Assembly (NCBI GenBank): GCA_002633005.1
Contig: NMRA01000246.1
Span: 487,856 to 551,855 of the forward strand
Length of the DNA: 64,000 nt
Direction of reading: 5' to 3'
From: Phoronis australis
Lineage: Eukaryota > Animalia > Phoronida
Positions within the stretch are counted from its first letter, which is position 1. Every line of letters begins with the position of its first letter. The notes below the pieces were generated by a model that did not search any database, had not been told where the DNA came from, and worked only from the letters and a program-made list of their open reading frames with translations. Below, in pieces: positions 1 through 13,700 of the stretch. Both the position numbers and the translations under genes were made by a program.

Positions 1-10
1 CATTGTCAAC

Positions 11-129
11 CCGATTCTCATCGTCTAACCGACTCTCGTCGTCAAACCGACTCTCGTCGTCAAACTGATGAGTCTCATCATTTGTCAAAACGGCTTTCTT
101 GGTCAAACCCACTCGCATCGTTAAACCGG
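11..129. repeat. ~18-bp diverged minisatellite (CCGACTCTCGTCGTCAAA), ~6 units
   Basis: Direct reading. Confidence 0.7.
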
Positions 130-3100
130 CAAGGAATCTTACGTCTATAATTTAAAGAATAACAATGCCAACGGAAGTAAAATGGATAATGGATCGCACA
201 AACACCTTCTCATACTCTATCAGTTGTTTATATTGGACCATGGGTTTTACAAATTGGGCATGTACAGCGCTATTTCACTGCAACTGATGTCGGATGGAGA
301 CATTTTTCATAAACAGTGCATGATCAAGGATTTTTTAAGATTTCCTTATCTTTTTAAAATTGCCATTTATTGAACACCATTTACAATTATTCGTGACGTG
401 TAAAATTGTGAAACATTTTGCCGTATTCGATCCTGCAGTTCAATTTATCTAGTGAAAATACTACGGATATACATGGATGTGACAGATTAACCTTGATGAA
501 CAATAAAAAGAAATAGTGGTTGGAACATATCTGGTCCTGGTCCAGCAGTGAAAAGTCAGCATATGGTGGTATACTGGCTTGCCAGCAATAGGCCGGTGCC
601 CGGCGTTTAGCAGGTACAGATAGTTTTGTTGATAAGCCGATACCAAAAAGCTGGCACTGGGCCAATGTCAAAAACCCGGCTCAAATCCGGTACTGTATTG
701 CCAGTACTGTTACTGGTATCAGTCCAGCGCAGGTCAACAGGTACCCGGTACAAACGGTATAAAACATTACAAAACCAGCAACGGCCAGGTACACACTGGG
801 AGCAAGAAAAAGAACAAATATTTTGGCGCCCGCACCAATTAAAACTATTTAGGCGGATTTAACTAGGAGACCCCGCATTGTGAGATCTATACCCGACGCC
901 GGGCGTTTCTAAAATTCTGTCCACTGACAGGGAAGGGGCCAAGTAATTAAGTTGTCGAAGCACCAATTAAAGTGCTTATAACAGGTGTATAGCAGTGCTC
1001 ACCGGCTTAATTTTGGTTCACAGTCACGAGCCATACAGGTTCAATCACATATCCTAGCTAGTCTGACAGCTTTTTGTGAGGCATGTGAAAGACTAGGCCC
1101 GCGGCTAAATTAACATAGACCGAAGTGTACTGGAAATTCCATGAGCATAAATTTTATCAGAAATACAGTGCGCAAGATTACCTGCACGTTAGGACCTCTA
1201 GCTGCAGTTAGCAGTTCAGAACCTGCTCTTGGCTGATCGACTGAGACACGGAAATCATCCAAGGAAGGAATGTTAACTTAGCACTAATCCTGTTATTTGG
1301 CCTTAGAATCGCTCATTGAATCGGAACAATGGTGCTGATCAGGCAGTCTGCTTTCTGGTACGAGTTGGATTGCGTCACCACTCACACATCGGCAGAGGCG
1401 GAGTCACCGTGTGAGTGATGGACAGGCCCGGAATCGGGCAGTTTGTTTGTGGTTATTTTTGTGAATTGCATAGCACTGAAACTAGACAAAAGTTCAAGAA
1501 TTTTCAATTCAAACTGAGTTTTGATTGCTTCCACAAACACGTTTCATGAATTGACATGGTTGGTGAATAACTTTCAAACTTTCCTCGGTACACTGATTAC
1601 GTCTTGTCGATAGTATAGGCTCCCCCTGCATGCACGCGATTTTCCTTTCACTGAAGTTGTGCGGTAAGTTTCAATTGAGCGTCAGATTCGTTTCGATGAA
1701 TAACCTACACAAATTTCTAATGATTTCAATTTTAACCTTCTTAATTATTTGCCAAATTCAGTCCAATGCCTGGCCGCGTGACCAGCAAACATTAGCTTTA
1801 TGTGACTTTTCCATTACTTGCACTCTGAGTACTGGCTCCCGGGGCTACTTAGAATCGCCTGTGGTCAGTCTAATTATGTGTTTTGCCATTTTGAATCTGT
1901 TGTTGCTGTCTATATTGCATGAACTTGAAGTCATGAGAGAATGAAAAACCCAAAACAAATCATCGTGTGCCAACGCAGGACGAGTCAATAAGTCGGCTTA
2001 ACAATTAAAGTCCGAAGTACCAATGACTGAGATGACGACGTTCATATCGATAAGTTCTGCGGAAATCTCAATGACGGGATCCGGCGGACATGTCGTGAGT
2101 CCCCTTAAAGTACTTCAACAAAGATTTTTTTTAATCGGGACTGCAAAGTTTCTGAAATCTTGCGTCATGCAGTAAATGAGTGTGTCATTAAAGGCGTACT
2201 AAGTCAGGGAAATGCCATTTTAATGATTAGCTGAACAAAACCAGGAATTGCTTCAAAATCGGCCGTTTCAAACTATACTTGAGGCAAAGTTGAAAAGCAT
2301 TATCAAAACAAAAGCATTCGAGCCACTTAAGAAAAATATCAATACAATTCGACATTAAAGTTTCCAATGGTGCATGGTATATTTTCCAATGGTGCATGGT
2401 ATCTTTTCACAATTTGATGCTCTCTCGACTTAATCACTGGCAGGTCATTGCCCTTTTAACGAGTCACCGCTGTGCTGCGGCTATAGTTGCCCGGGCAAAT
2501 ACAATCTAGGAAAACCCCGCCTTACTAGGAAACACCGTTTGCGAGTATGGGAAACATCCCTTACAAAAATGAACATAATTTTTTTGCTGAAAACTTAAGT
2601 TTTGGCGAAAAAACGTAAGAATGAACTGGTCAATGACTTTGCAAGTTTAGCGGAATTGTTTGCGGGCCGGTTTAACATTACTGACATGTGATGCAGAGAT
2701 AACGCGGATAACCAGAAAGTAACATTTAATGCACTCTCAAATGGTGTTTCACTTCAGCTAGATGTACACTGTAGCTTATATAGGCATCTGTGTCTCTACC
2801 CTAAAATAAGTTTCAACTTTAGTTGGTAAAAGTATTTTTTTTTTCTAAAATTAGCTCAGTTGTGAAACTTTTGACTTTTTACTAACCTACCCTTAAGTTG
2901 GACAACTACGGTATCAATGACATGGCTAGATTTCATTTGATACAAGTGTTAAACATGAAAGCTCAAAAACTAGGTTACAATTTTCTATAAATTATTGTGT
3001 TTTAGGCCGTAATTAAGTTAATTTGATAGCCACTCATGCAAAAACGGAAGCAATTCAAAAATGCTTGCAAACAAAGTATCGGGAAACAGTACATAATCAT

Positions 3101-3283
3101 GGTGTATGGAATTTCCATATGAACCTAATTTGCCATTTCTGAGCGTTAGTGTTCCTGAGTTAGTTTTGTTTGCATTTGGGGTCGATGAATATTCCAATCG
3201 ACCGCTAGATGTCGTCGTAAACTCTGAAAATGGCGGCTAATGTGAAATTGAGCGAGTGAAGCTTTGCTGTCCTTTTCAAAACA

Positions 3284-3409
3284 ATGGCAGAATTTCTCAC
3301 GTATCCACCTACACCATCCCGTCGAAATCCGTGGGAAGATGATACGGAATTATTTGGAACAATTGGAGATGTCTTGACACTAGCATACCGAACTGGACAT
3401 TTGAAACGG
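3284..3409 (+). CDS. HAUS2: HAUS2 coding exon 1
   Basis: ACAATGG start; MAEFLTYPPTPSRRNPWEDD..HLKR; donor GTAAGC. Confidence 0.85.
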
Positions 3410-6400
3410 GTAAGCAAGCTGACTTCATCATTGACATTGACGGACAGACATTGACCCCCGTCTCGACTCTAGCTTGTCAGTAGGGACGGGGAAGGTTCTG
3501 TAGGTGCTTCGTACGCCGGTAGCTTTTCGGTGAATTACGCCTCTCACAGATTAAACGTGAACGTTACGTTGTCATAAGTATCTTTTGTGTAATATTTTGT
3601 GTACTGTCAAGACGACGACAAAAGAGACTTGTTTCCATATTTATGAGGATCTATTAAACGAACTGAATACGAAGGTGTACACAGCGTGACTGAGGCTACC
3701 TAGCTACTAGCATGCACTATAAACATAACGTTGGTGGCTTAGATTAATTAATGTTGTGTTGTATTACTGCAGGTTCACTAGCTAGGCCTCTAGATAACTC
3801 ACCAGTTAAAACACAGCTATTCAAGCTTCAGGTAAAACCCAATCCAGGTGCCCATCCCTGACATCCTGATTGCTTGCTGAAAGACCGCCAGCAGGATACC
3901 CGCCAGCAGTTTAAGTAAAACAAGCATCCGGGGAACCATAAAACTGACAAATCACAAGACACCACAGAAAGATAAAGGACGAACGATGTTGACGATTACA
4001 ACAGTTGGTTGCCATTCTAACAGAGTAGCATTATTAATTACTTTGACAGTCAGTCTCAACAAATACTGGTAGTGAACAATGAGCTTATCATGTTACATTT
4101 TGAACATTAAGACGGTCATTTTTAGGAGGCCGGCAATGTCTTTTAAATTCCTTTCAACTCGAATAAATACTCCGGTAATCAAGCTTTCTTTTCAAGCAGT
4201 CCTTCGTTCAGTTTCCCAAATCGGCAACTGGCCATTTTTAACGCTGGCACGCACTCCCATAGGACGCAGTGAAAACAGGAGCGTGCGAAGTGTAAAAATG
4301 GCCAGTTGCCAATTTGGGCAACTGAACAAGGACTGCCCGAAGGAAAAGTTTGAAGTTGGCCCATAAATTTGAAGCTCCGTGTGTCAATTGACCCGTAGTC
4401 ATATTTTCTATATTAAATGTGATTTCTGAGACAGATAATTTTAGCTTTGCCAGCTTATTTTTACTATCATTCCATTATTCACAGAAATGTTATATTATCC
4501 TGCTCTCATTTTAGCCTAGTGATGAAGGAGACCGAGATGAAGCCAGAGTGGAGCAGTTGCAGCAGAAGTATCCCTCCATGAAACTGATACAGCTTTTAAA
4601 GAGCATGACTGAGCTACAGAAGCAGATTCACCAAGTAATAGCATCTTTATTGCTTAGCAGTACCCCCCCCCGTCATGTACACCCATGGGTCTAGTATGAT
4701 ATTTTGAAAATTTTCAAAATATAGGCCTAGTTTTGGAGTGTCAGTTGTATTTTGTTGGGTTTGTTTTTATGTTTTCTAAAATGAATAGTGCCAGCAAGTG
4801 TCATACCTAGGCACTGAGTGATAAAGTCAGTCTGTTGTTTCAGATGCCCATTTTTAATCGTGTTGTTTTTTAAGAACATGTTTGCTATGTCTTACCATCT
4901 TAGGGCAAACATAATTGCCAAAATCTTCCATTATTCATTTTCAAAGATTTCTAGCATTTTTGTGACTGTTTGGTTTTTTAAAAACATTATTTGATGGTAA
5001 CTGGGGTGCACAAGCACAAAAGTCTGCTGCTGTTGTTTGCTCTTTATAGAAAAGTGGGAAATTTTCACTTGTCCACCATATTGTGCCCTAGCTTGTTGTG
5101 ATTTTCCTTAAGTACTTGGCAAACTTATGTCACAGTCAGTTTTCAAACAAATTTGACAATGCCAGATTTCAACAAAGTTTCGTCCCAAAACTCCACAGCT
5201 AAGTATCATTTTCTTATTGAGTGTCTTCTCAAATTATATTTTTCGTATAACATCACGTTTTCATGCAAAATTTATCATCCGAGAATTTTCTATTTTACTG
5301 CTGACTGAAATTCTGGTGAAGCACAAACAAAATGGCTGTCACAGCTTTTTAACAAAAATATCAGTAAATTCATTGTGCAAAGTGTAAAACATTACAAATA
5401 CATTACTTTGCTCTTGTTTACAAAATCATGATTAGTGATATTTCTTGATTAGTGAAACTTACTCTGTTTTCTAAATTGATGAAAACATCAGGAAATAGTT
5501 CTGTAGTTAACATGTTTCTTTCAAACTTTCTCTTTTGTTAATGACTGTAATTTTAATTCTTCTCACAGACAAATGTGGATATTCAATGTCGGATGCAGGA
5601 CCAGGAGACCAGTGATCTCACGCATGTATCTATTATTGGTAAGTGTAGACCACAGTATTTAGAGTTGATCTCACGCATGTAACTGTTATTGGTACACTGT
5701 AAGTGTAGACCACAGTATTTCGAGTTGATCTCACGCACGTACATGTATCTGTTATTGGTAAGTATATACCACAGTATTTAGAGTTGATCTCACGCATGTA
5801 TAGACCTGTTATTGGTACACTGTAAGTGTAGACCACAGTATTTAGAGCTGCTCCGTCAAGAAAATAGCTTCAGTGTTTTGATATCACTTGAAGCTGAATT
5901 GCATAAGAAAAAAAGTCGGAATGGAAAAGTTGACAGGGTTTGGAATTTTCTTCTTTTAAGAGGAATTCCTTTTTTGGTTTTGAGTTCCTCTTATTTGATT
6001 TGCATTTTTCTCTTTTTTGTCTCTTTTTTGTCTTTAGTTTCACTCTATTCCTGCAAAACTGTTTATTTCAGTTAGATTTTACAACAGGAAAACATTTCAA
6101 AAGCCTATTTGTGGAACGATACGTCACCTGGAAAAGTTTCCTCTTTTTTGTCATTCGTCATACTAAGCCATGATTTGCACCATAATAACTTGTTGTCAGA
6201 GCCATTTTCCATGGATGAAATGCATTTACCAGTGAGAATATGATAATGTGCTGATGCTCTTCATAATTAATGATAATGTTTCTATTCACGTTTCAGAGCG
6301 ACGTGTCAAACAAGTCGGAGATCTGAATGAGCATTTGCAGAAGGTCGTTCAAGAGAAGGACTCCCTCATCAGTCGCTTACAACAACCGTTCATTGGAGAT

Positions 6401-8742
6401 TTCATGAAGATTGAGGCCACTTATCACAAGTATGTTTGTGTGTTGAAACACAGATTTTAGTTCAGAAGGTTGCCAAGTAATGTCAGGTCTCGTGGAAGTG
6501 ATTGATTTTGAGGTATCTGTTCAAGCTGCTTTAAAACTGTCTTCCATGATATAATTGTAAGGCAATTGATTAAGGCTACTTACAGTTGCAACTTGTTCCC
6601 TAACAAGGGTTGATTTTTGAGGTTGGGAAAACTGACAGACTCATCAAATTAATCAGTAACATTGGGTCATTTAGTGCACCTGTAACGTCTGGTCACACTC
6701 ACTTTCAACTGAAAAAATATATCGTGATCTCAGAAAGGAATACATTGAGATCACATTTAACTCATCAATTAATCTATGGTAAATGGTATGAACCAATTTT
6801 TTGTTGATGGCTATGCAGGTTTTTACTAATAGTTATAAGTGTGTGACCAATGTATTATTTCGTTATAGTTTAATGTTGTGTAAAGATTTTCAAGTTACTT
6901 GGTTTCCTTTTTGTTTTGTTCATGAAACAGGTTATTTAAATTTGCTCTTTCTGACTTGTACATTCAATTGATCTAGTCAGAGTTGTTCATTCTGGTACCC
7001 TCTTTGACTTGCATGCTTCTCTGTTCTTCTAAAAGTTCTCTAGATCTGAAAAAATATGTACTTACCCTATGCCAACCAGGAGGAGTGCAGATTTGGGCAA
7101 TTTTCCAGAGTTATTGCAGCAGTATAATGTCTCTAGCTTACAGGATTGTTGTCATTGTTTAACAGGCATGTGAAGGAGCTGTTAGTGGAGTTGTCTCCCA
7201 TACTGTCAGACCTCTCCTCACATCTGGACAGGATTATGTGGGCAGCAAATGTGGACTTGAAAAGCAATCACATGGTATGGCTCTGATTTTGATTTTAGCT
7301 ATCGTCAGAACTTGTATTGATTAGATAGCTCCAATTTAATAGGAAGGTACTGAATTACTCACTCAGCAACACTTGAAACTCGCTGTAATTACCCACAATG
7401 CTGCAACAGCCGTTAAACAATTTTCTAGTCATGTTTTTGTTCCAATTGGTGTTCAACGTTATTTGTCGTTTCCTTGCTGCTTTCAAGTTTTTCTTGTCTC
7501 CATTAATTGTATTCAACCTTTCAATACAAATGGAGCATTACTACTGTGTCGTGGGCTACAATTCACGATCATAGCAGAAAGTTAGATATACATGAGAACT
7601 ATCTGTGGATGTGATATTTGCCGACACGATTCCTAGAATCAGCCCGACATTTCTAAAACGAGGTCAATGTAATTTTCTACCTCCAGGACAAAGATTTCTA
7701 TCTGGTACCATCCTATGATTTGTCAATGTGTTCTGGTCTGTTTTGTTGTTTGCACATGACTGTTAATAGCTAGTTGCTGAATTGAGCCTGTAGTTTATGT
7801 TTTCTGACGGAGGTGACTGCTCTTAGGATACACAGCAAATCTATAAGACTAGGGGATGTCAATGAATATTCATTTCCAGTTGGAGTCAATTTGTTCCTTA
7901 CTCTGGTTGTACAGCAAAGCTCATGAATTTTTGTTCAACTGGTGAGCAACATAATTGGTGGGAGGTCAAATAACTGCAGTCTAGTGTAGTGTTGACTTCA
8001 ATGCTCTTTTGAACATTCTTGTAGTTGTAGCTCATCCAGTGTTTTTTAATTTTCATAAATTTGACTAATAAGGACTGAGCGAACAACTCCTACCAGAACT
8101 TTGCGTGTCTGGGTGGAGTTTTGTAGACGGCCTGCTGCCAATTAGTTGCTACTGAACGGACAAAAAACATGACCTGCGCCTTAAGGGATATCTGTTTTTA
8201 GGAAGAACGTACATTTTGTTGTTGCTGGAAGCCAGGCTGAGCAAGTTGGTTTGACCTTGCAGGTCTTTTTATTTACTGAGCATGAGGACAAACAGCAACA
8301 AACCTCTGTCACTTCTAATCTGAGTAAGGAGCAAGTTCACAAAATTTGTAAGTGGCATAAATTTGATGTTAGTTGTTTTTAAATTACTAAAAAGCTGATT
8401 TATAGCACTACGAGTTGTTCCTTTCCAAAAGAGTGTGGTAAAACATGCAGTCGAATTTGGATGGAAACATTTCGTAACCTTTTAAAAATTAAGTTGTGGT
8501 AATTGAAATTTGCTGCAACCAAACTAGGTGCGTTATTACGCAAGGCGAACACATATCGATCCATTTTTATAGAAAGACCGATGATATACACTTATCTAAT
8601 TCTTGCTACGTTCATTTTTTGTTTTCAGGACGCTTTACTTGATGATATTGAGAGCGGTCTAGCAGGGTTACAGACCAGCGTGACATCATTGACACAAATG
8701 CGGAACACTATGAGTAGGCTTCACAACAGTATCCATGTGTAG
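3284..8742 (+). CDS. HAUS2: HAUS augmin-like complex subunit 2 (CEP27), 6 coding exons, ~223 aa
   Basis: Exons 3284-3409, 4515-4634, 5569-5638, 6297-6429, 7166-7274, 8629-8742 all have GT-AG boundaries and consistent phases (672 nt). Translation ..NPWEDD..QIHQTNVDIQ..DLTHVSII..LNEHLQKVVQEKDSLISRLQQPFIGDFMKIEATYHKHV.. matches recalled HAUS2 motifs (NPW; [30 protein letters not shown]). Confidence 0.9.
4179..4353. mobile_element. Palindromic (fold-back) MITE in HAUS2 intron 1
   Basis: ~75-bp imperfect inverted arms (gcagtccttcgttcagtttcccaaatcggcaactggccattttta vs taaaaatggccagttgccaatttgggcaactgaacaaggactgc). Confidence 0.7.
4515..4634 (+). CDS. HAUS2: HAUS2 coding exon 2
   Basis: ttttag acceptor; PSDEGD..ELQKQIHQ; donor GTAATA. 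Confidence 0.85.
5569..5638 (+). CDS. HAUS2: HAUS2 coding exon 3
   Basis: ctcacag acceptor; TNVDIQCRMQDQETSDLTHVSII; donor GTAAGT, phase 1. Confidence 0.85.
5614..5849 (+). repeat. 53-64-bp tandem repeat x4 spanning the HAUS2 exon 3 donor
   Basis: GATCTCACGCATGTA..TTATTGGTA..GTGTAGACCACAGTATTTAGAG units. Confidence 0.9.
5934..6172 (+). mobile_element. MITE, copy A (CAGGG..CATG ends)
   Basis: Inverted homologue at 24938-25178 (shared gtcacctggaaaa..ttcctcttttt..gtcat, ctcttatttgattt, tttatttcagtta). Confidence 0.7.
6297..6429 (+). CDS. HAUS2: HAUS2 coding exon 4
   Basis: tttcag acceptor; RRVKQVGDLNEHLQKVVQEKDSLISRLQQPF..EATYH; donor GTATGT. Confidence 0.9.
7166..7274 (+). CDS. HAUS2: HAUS2 coding exon 5
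   Basis: aacag acceptor; HVKELLVELSPILSDLSSHLDRIMW..NHM; donor GTATGG. Confidence 0.85.
8629..8742 (+). CDS. HAUS2: HAUS2 coding exon 6 (stop)
   Basis: ttttcag acceptor; DALLDDIESGLAGLQ..NSIHV*. Confidence 0.85.
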   Translation, partial: DALLDDIESGLAGLQTSVTSLTQMRNTMSRLHNSIHV

Positions 8743-9736
8743 TCCAGGGATTTACTATTGTCATGGTGTAGTGTGGATATCAAGTGGGACCAACAATTGT
8801 GTGACACACAGAATGGTTTAATGATGTTACAAACCAGTGTGATGTCAGTGATGGGAGGGTTCTCCTTCATGAGAAGGTCGTTCTGCATTGGTCATGTGTG
8901 TGTCTTGTCTAGTGTAGACTTTGACATGGTGGAGAAACAATCCAGTTGTCAGACTCTTTGGTACTCTCACTTTGGTTCTGACAAACAGTGGGTATGGGTA
9001 CAGTAGCTTTTTGGCATAGACTTTACTGTGTTACAAAGCAAGACTACGAAGTGGCAGGTTGAATTAGGTTTTCCTACCAACTGACATGCATTGCAAGTCT
9101 TACGAAGCTCAACCACATCCTTTTTAATTCCCGACCAGAAAAACTGCTTTGTAATCTTCTGAAACGTCTTTTACACTCAAATGATGACCACCTATTGTCA
9201 AACTATGAGCCAGGGAAAGGATTTCCTGTCTACATGCGTTTGGTATAACAGTCGGATAGACAACTGCCCACTCATCGGTCACTTGAACTTCCTCATAAGC
9301 ACGCCACCTTTCATGAAGTACCTCATGGGTACTTTGCTTACTTCCATCACCAGACAGAACCTTGTCCTGTGCACCTTTATCAAATCAGGATTTGACATTT
9401 GACCAACTAGCCTTTAAAAAAAACAATTCTTCAGACTGCTGTAAAACATCGGAATGAGTAACACCAGAACACAGAAAGGTTCCTGATAAATCATAAAAAC
9501 TGGGGGTTTGCCTTTCTACAAAATGTGTTCTCATGATTATCTCAACTCCTTTAAGACCTCTTCCTTTTTTGCCATTGCACAGACCAATACCTGTGCTGCT
9601 TGCTTGGTTTAGCCCTACGTGTGGTGCTTCCTTGGTAGTTTTGAAATAACTTTACCTCTGGAGGGGCTGTAGTGTGGCTTCATATCAGACAATGTGTTTC
9701 TGCATTATTCATGTTGGATTTGTAAATAATCATAAA

Positions 9737-9742
9737 AATAAA
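9737..9742 (+). terminator. Candidate polyadenylation signal of HAUS2 (AATAAA)
   Basis: AATAAA ~1 kb after the HAUS2 stop, followed by ATTAAA. Confidence 0.45.
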
Positions 9743-9848
9743 TATTCATTAAACATACTTGACTTGTAATTCACTTACATTACATGTCAAGTCATACCAC
9801 TTCTCATCTTTAAAATAATATTGCCACTAGTAACAATCCTGATTGATA

Positions 9849-9854
9849 TTTATT
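9849..9854 (-). terminator. Candidate polyadenylation signal of WASHC2 (AATAAA on - strand)
   Basis: TTTATT on + strand ~790 nt downstream of the WASHC2 stop. Confidence 0.45.
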
Positions 9855-10638
9855 AATTAAAATGTCATCTTGACTTCACAAAATTTGGTGACCTAGTTCG
9901 GATACCTAGTTTATAATTTCAACTTCACCAACATCAACACCATAAATTAAACAAGTCAATAAACAACATCAAAGTCTATTACTTTAACAAATGTTCATTC
10001 TCAATAATAAAATATTCAAAAAGCACAGGTTACACAAATTATGCGTCAAAAATTTTTTCACAATGCAGTCCACTGGAACCTATAAATACTTTAAGTACTT
10101 GGCAAACATGCCAAAATGAACACGCATCTTGTACAGCTTTTACCAATATTGTGATTAGAGAGAAGTCTTTAAAACTGAGTAAAACAATACGTGTTGTTGT
10201 TTTCTTTCATAAAGTATTTAAACATGAATGGTTCAGAAATTACATGGCTGTGACTTTGGCTAACTTCAGTTAATAGACCTGCCAACTTGAGCAAGCTGAA
10301 CATTACGACAAGGCGCGTAAATGTCCATTTCCCATACTGCTACAATAATCTAATACACAGTCTCAAATGTAACGATGTCAAATAAGACGAGAGTCAAACA
10401 TGGGTTTGTGAGAGTGCTCAACACTTAAATCCAGAGTAAAATGATGTGATGCATGTTTATGATGCAATGAGTCAAATACAAGCACGCGGAGTACCGTAAA
10501 GTATCCAGCATTATGCAGTGAAAAGAGCAGGGAAGGGTCAACAAAAACACAATTTCGTTGCTTGCCCGACAACATTTCGAACTGAAAGCTAAGCCAACTC
10601 GTACGATGTGGAGAAAGTTGGCTTTCACTGTGCCTGAA

Positions 10639-10790
10639 CTATTTCATTGCATTCAGTGGATCGTCAAATATGCTAGGAGCATCGCTGTCAAATATCGATG
10701 CACTTGAGGCAGCGGTGTTTTTAGATGTCTTTTTCTTGGTTGTTGTCTTCTTGGTTTTAGGCTTAGATGAACTGTCCGCAAATATGTCAT
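10639..10790 (-). CDS. WASHC2: WASHC2 exon 31 (stop)
   Basis: [16 protein letters not shown]. Confidence 0.92.
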
Positions 10791-13700
10791 CTGAAACGAT
10801 GCAAAACGAGTACATAAAGCACATTGAATTCATCCAAGTGACATAAACAATTAAAGCAATTGTCGAATAATCATCTTCAGGACATATATTTGGAAAATGA
10901 CATTTTGTTACCTTTAATCCAAATACAAGCTCCGGTGTAGGTTGGAAACTAACTATAAAGTTTTTGCAACATCAATGCGAGGACCAACATGTGTAGATAA
11001 TAGAAATCGCTATACGACTGCCACACTTGAGGTTAAACTATATTAAATATGCCAAGAAAGGACTAATGCATGGAGATGCACTGGTATCTTCTATCATATA
11101 GGGCACTATTTTTAGCTACAGGTCCACAGGTTGAGTCATTGACAATGAGTCATCCATACCAGCATTGCTTTTGAATAATGATTGGTTGGCTGTCGCAGCT
11201 TTCTTCTTTTTCTCTTTCGGTTTGCTTGGAGGAAGGTCAGCAAAAATGTCGGTGTCATCTGCGAAAATATCGTCCGTGGGGGCTGCTTTCTTTTTGGACT
11301 TGGGCTTAGCAGCAGGGCTGCCAAATAAGTCCTCATCCTAAATCAAGGACACAAGAAAGCAATTGAAATGCGGTGAACAGAACACTAGAGCTCTAAGCAC
11401 AAAAACAGCAGCAGAAGCTACAATGGTGACACAGTGACCAGGCAACATGAATAGGTGAAATAGACGCGTTGAACTTTCACAAATTTCCTGACAAGAAACT
11501 ATATATCACTTGTTCGAGGCCTGTATGGAGACCACTTAAAAGTGACTTGAAACTATTACATCAAATTGAGCAATATTTTGTCGTTTTGGTAGATAAAGTA
11601 ACCAACACTCAGTGCTAGATAAATCTACATATTGTATTAGGGAAAATTTACATTTTGACACAACACTTGTACACTTTTTCACTGTCAAGATTTTTGTACC
11701 ATTGCATTTCCTAGTGCAGTCAAATGAGGAACTGTTGTGATAACTAAAAATGCTCAAAAATTATTATTAATGGTTACGAAATTTTCAGGGTAAAAAGCAC
11801 TCACATTGTTTCTCGATATTCTAAAATTATGACATCATATGGTGAGGCAGGTATTCGCCAAGAACAGTATTCCGAATTTCGAGTGAAAATTTATCAATGG
11901 TCAATGAAGGTTTTGGTTGAAATTCATACTCTGTGGGCATCAGTACATACAAGTACCATGTCTCATGTCTAACATTTCAAACATGGATCCTGAATTCTGA
12001 TCATTTAGAATTTGAGTCAGTTAAATCTCAACAATGGACAGTTTAGAGGCCATTGCATCAAACCATCAACTTATATTTTGGATTTGGTGAAGAGTCTTTC
12101 TATCGCATGTCAATATCGTTAAATATTGTAATCATATCCCATGAATTAGAGTACTAATTTAATGATAATGGGAAAGTACTGAACTCGTGATGGGATAGCT
12201 CACCAAACATTGTTTGTGGTAGTGAAAGAGCCAAGTCTCTAGCACACTGTGTAAACTGATGATCAAGCAAATAATGGCAAACAAATCAACATGTTAAGCT
12301 TTGTAATCGCAATCAAATTTTGCTACATGATTATGAATAATACCTTTGTTGCTACAGTAGCATCTGCAAAGATGTCATCTTCCACGGTCGCAGCTTTTGA
12401 CTTTTTTTCTAAAGTTGGGACTTTGTCACTAGTTTTATCCTTAAACAAATCATCGTCATCTGCCAAAATGTTTATTTTTTCTGAGGGTTTTGTGTCGAAT
12501 ATGTTCATTATGTCTTCCGTTGCTTGCTTCTTGGGTTTAGCACTAAATAAATCTTCGGATGGTTTGGAAAACAAATCGTCATCCAAGTTTGTTTTAGACG
12601 TTGGCTTTGAAGTTCCACTGGACGTAGGTTTCACACTTTCTGTCACTGGGCTCGAAAACAAATCCTCATCAACCAGTGCACCACTTTTTGTAGTTCCAGT
12701 ACTGCTGAATGTATCAATTCTGTCACTTTCCATGGCCTTGGATTGTGTGCTCAAACCAAACAAATCCTCCCCTAAAGCATCAGAGGGTCCACTAGGCATT
12801 GGGGGGAGTCTACTCGCTACCCCATCTACTGAATCCAGCTTAGAGGAGGTTGGAATGTCAGTTGTTGATTCACCAACAGTGTCTGATTGCTTTGCAGCAG
12901 CTACTCTTGCAGCTCTCGTAGGGGGGCGTCTCTTTGTTTGCACTTTGGCGCGGTCCTAAAATTGACAGTTGGTCTAGACTGTTTCATGAATGTAACATAA
13001 ACTTTTGTTTTGCAAATAAAATACAAAGGAAATAACTATCAGTGCACAACAACACAAATTAAAAACCAATTGATGTATCCTCTGGCTGTTCATCCGACAT
13101 TGTATATCTATTTGTTTCATGTTTCATTACAGAAAGATATCACTGGGTTCAAATTTCGTTCAAAAATTGTCTGGTATTCTTAATAGTTTTGAAATCTCGA
13201 AGCTAAACCTCATCCTATTAATATATTACTATCATATTTTACTACTAACAGCACATAGTGCATTTAGTTCACCGTCCTGGGAGAGTCAATATTCTCCCAC
13301 CAACTACCTAACATCCAAACTGTAACAAATAACATTTCCAATGCTTCAAGTTTCCCAACAGTCAAGCTTTACTAGACACAACAGTCCAAAATGGAGTTGG
13401 TTGCAAAATGGACGCTTGAGCATCCCAAAATCATTTATGTCATACCTTGTTAGCACTGTGCAGTGTTCTTGCTTCGGCAGGAGTGTCGAATCCTACAGCT
13501 GAAGGTTCTGGCTCCCTGGACGGTGGCTTAGCACCAGGCAACATGGCAGCAGGGTTAATTGCCAGGCCAGCCTGTAACAAGTCATTGAATGAGAGTAAAA
13601 TGGGAGATAATCACCACGTGCAGTTAGCTTGAAGAATTTTGGGTTCCTAACTGGTTCAAAATATGGACGTAAAGTACAGTTATAATTATTATAGAAACAT

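Noticed and set aside
968-2108. Possible TTAA-bounded element
   Set aside because: Terminal similarity is too weak to call TIRs by eye.
12291-12959. 222-aa + strand ORF
   Set aside because: Antisense shadow of WASHC2 exon 29.
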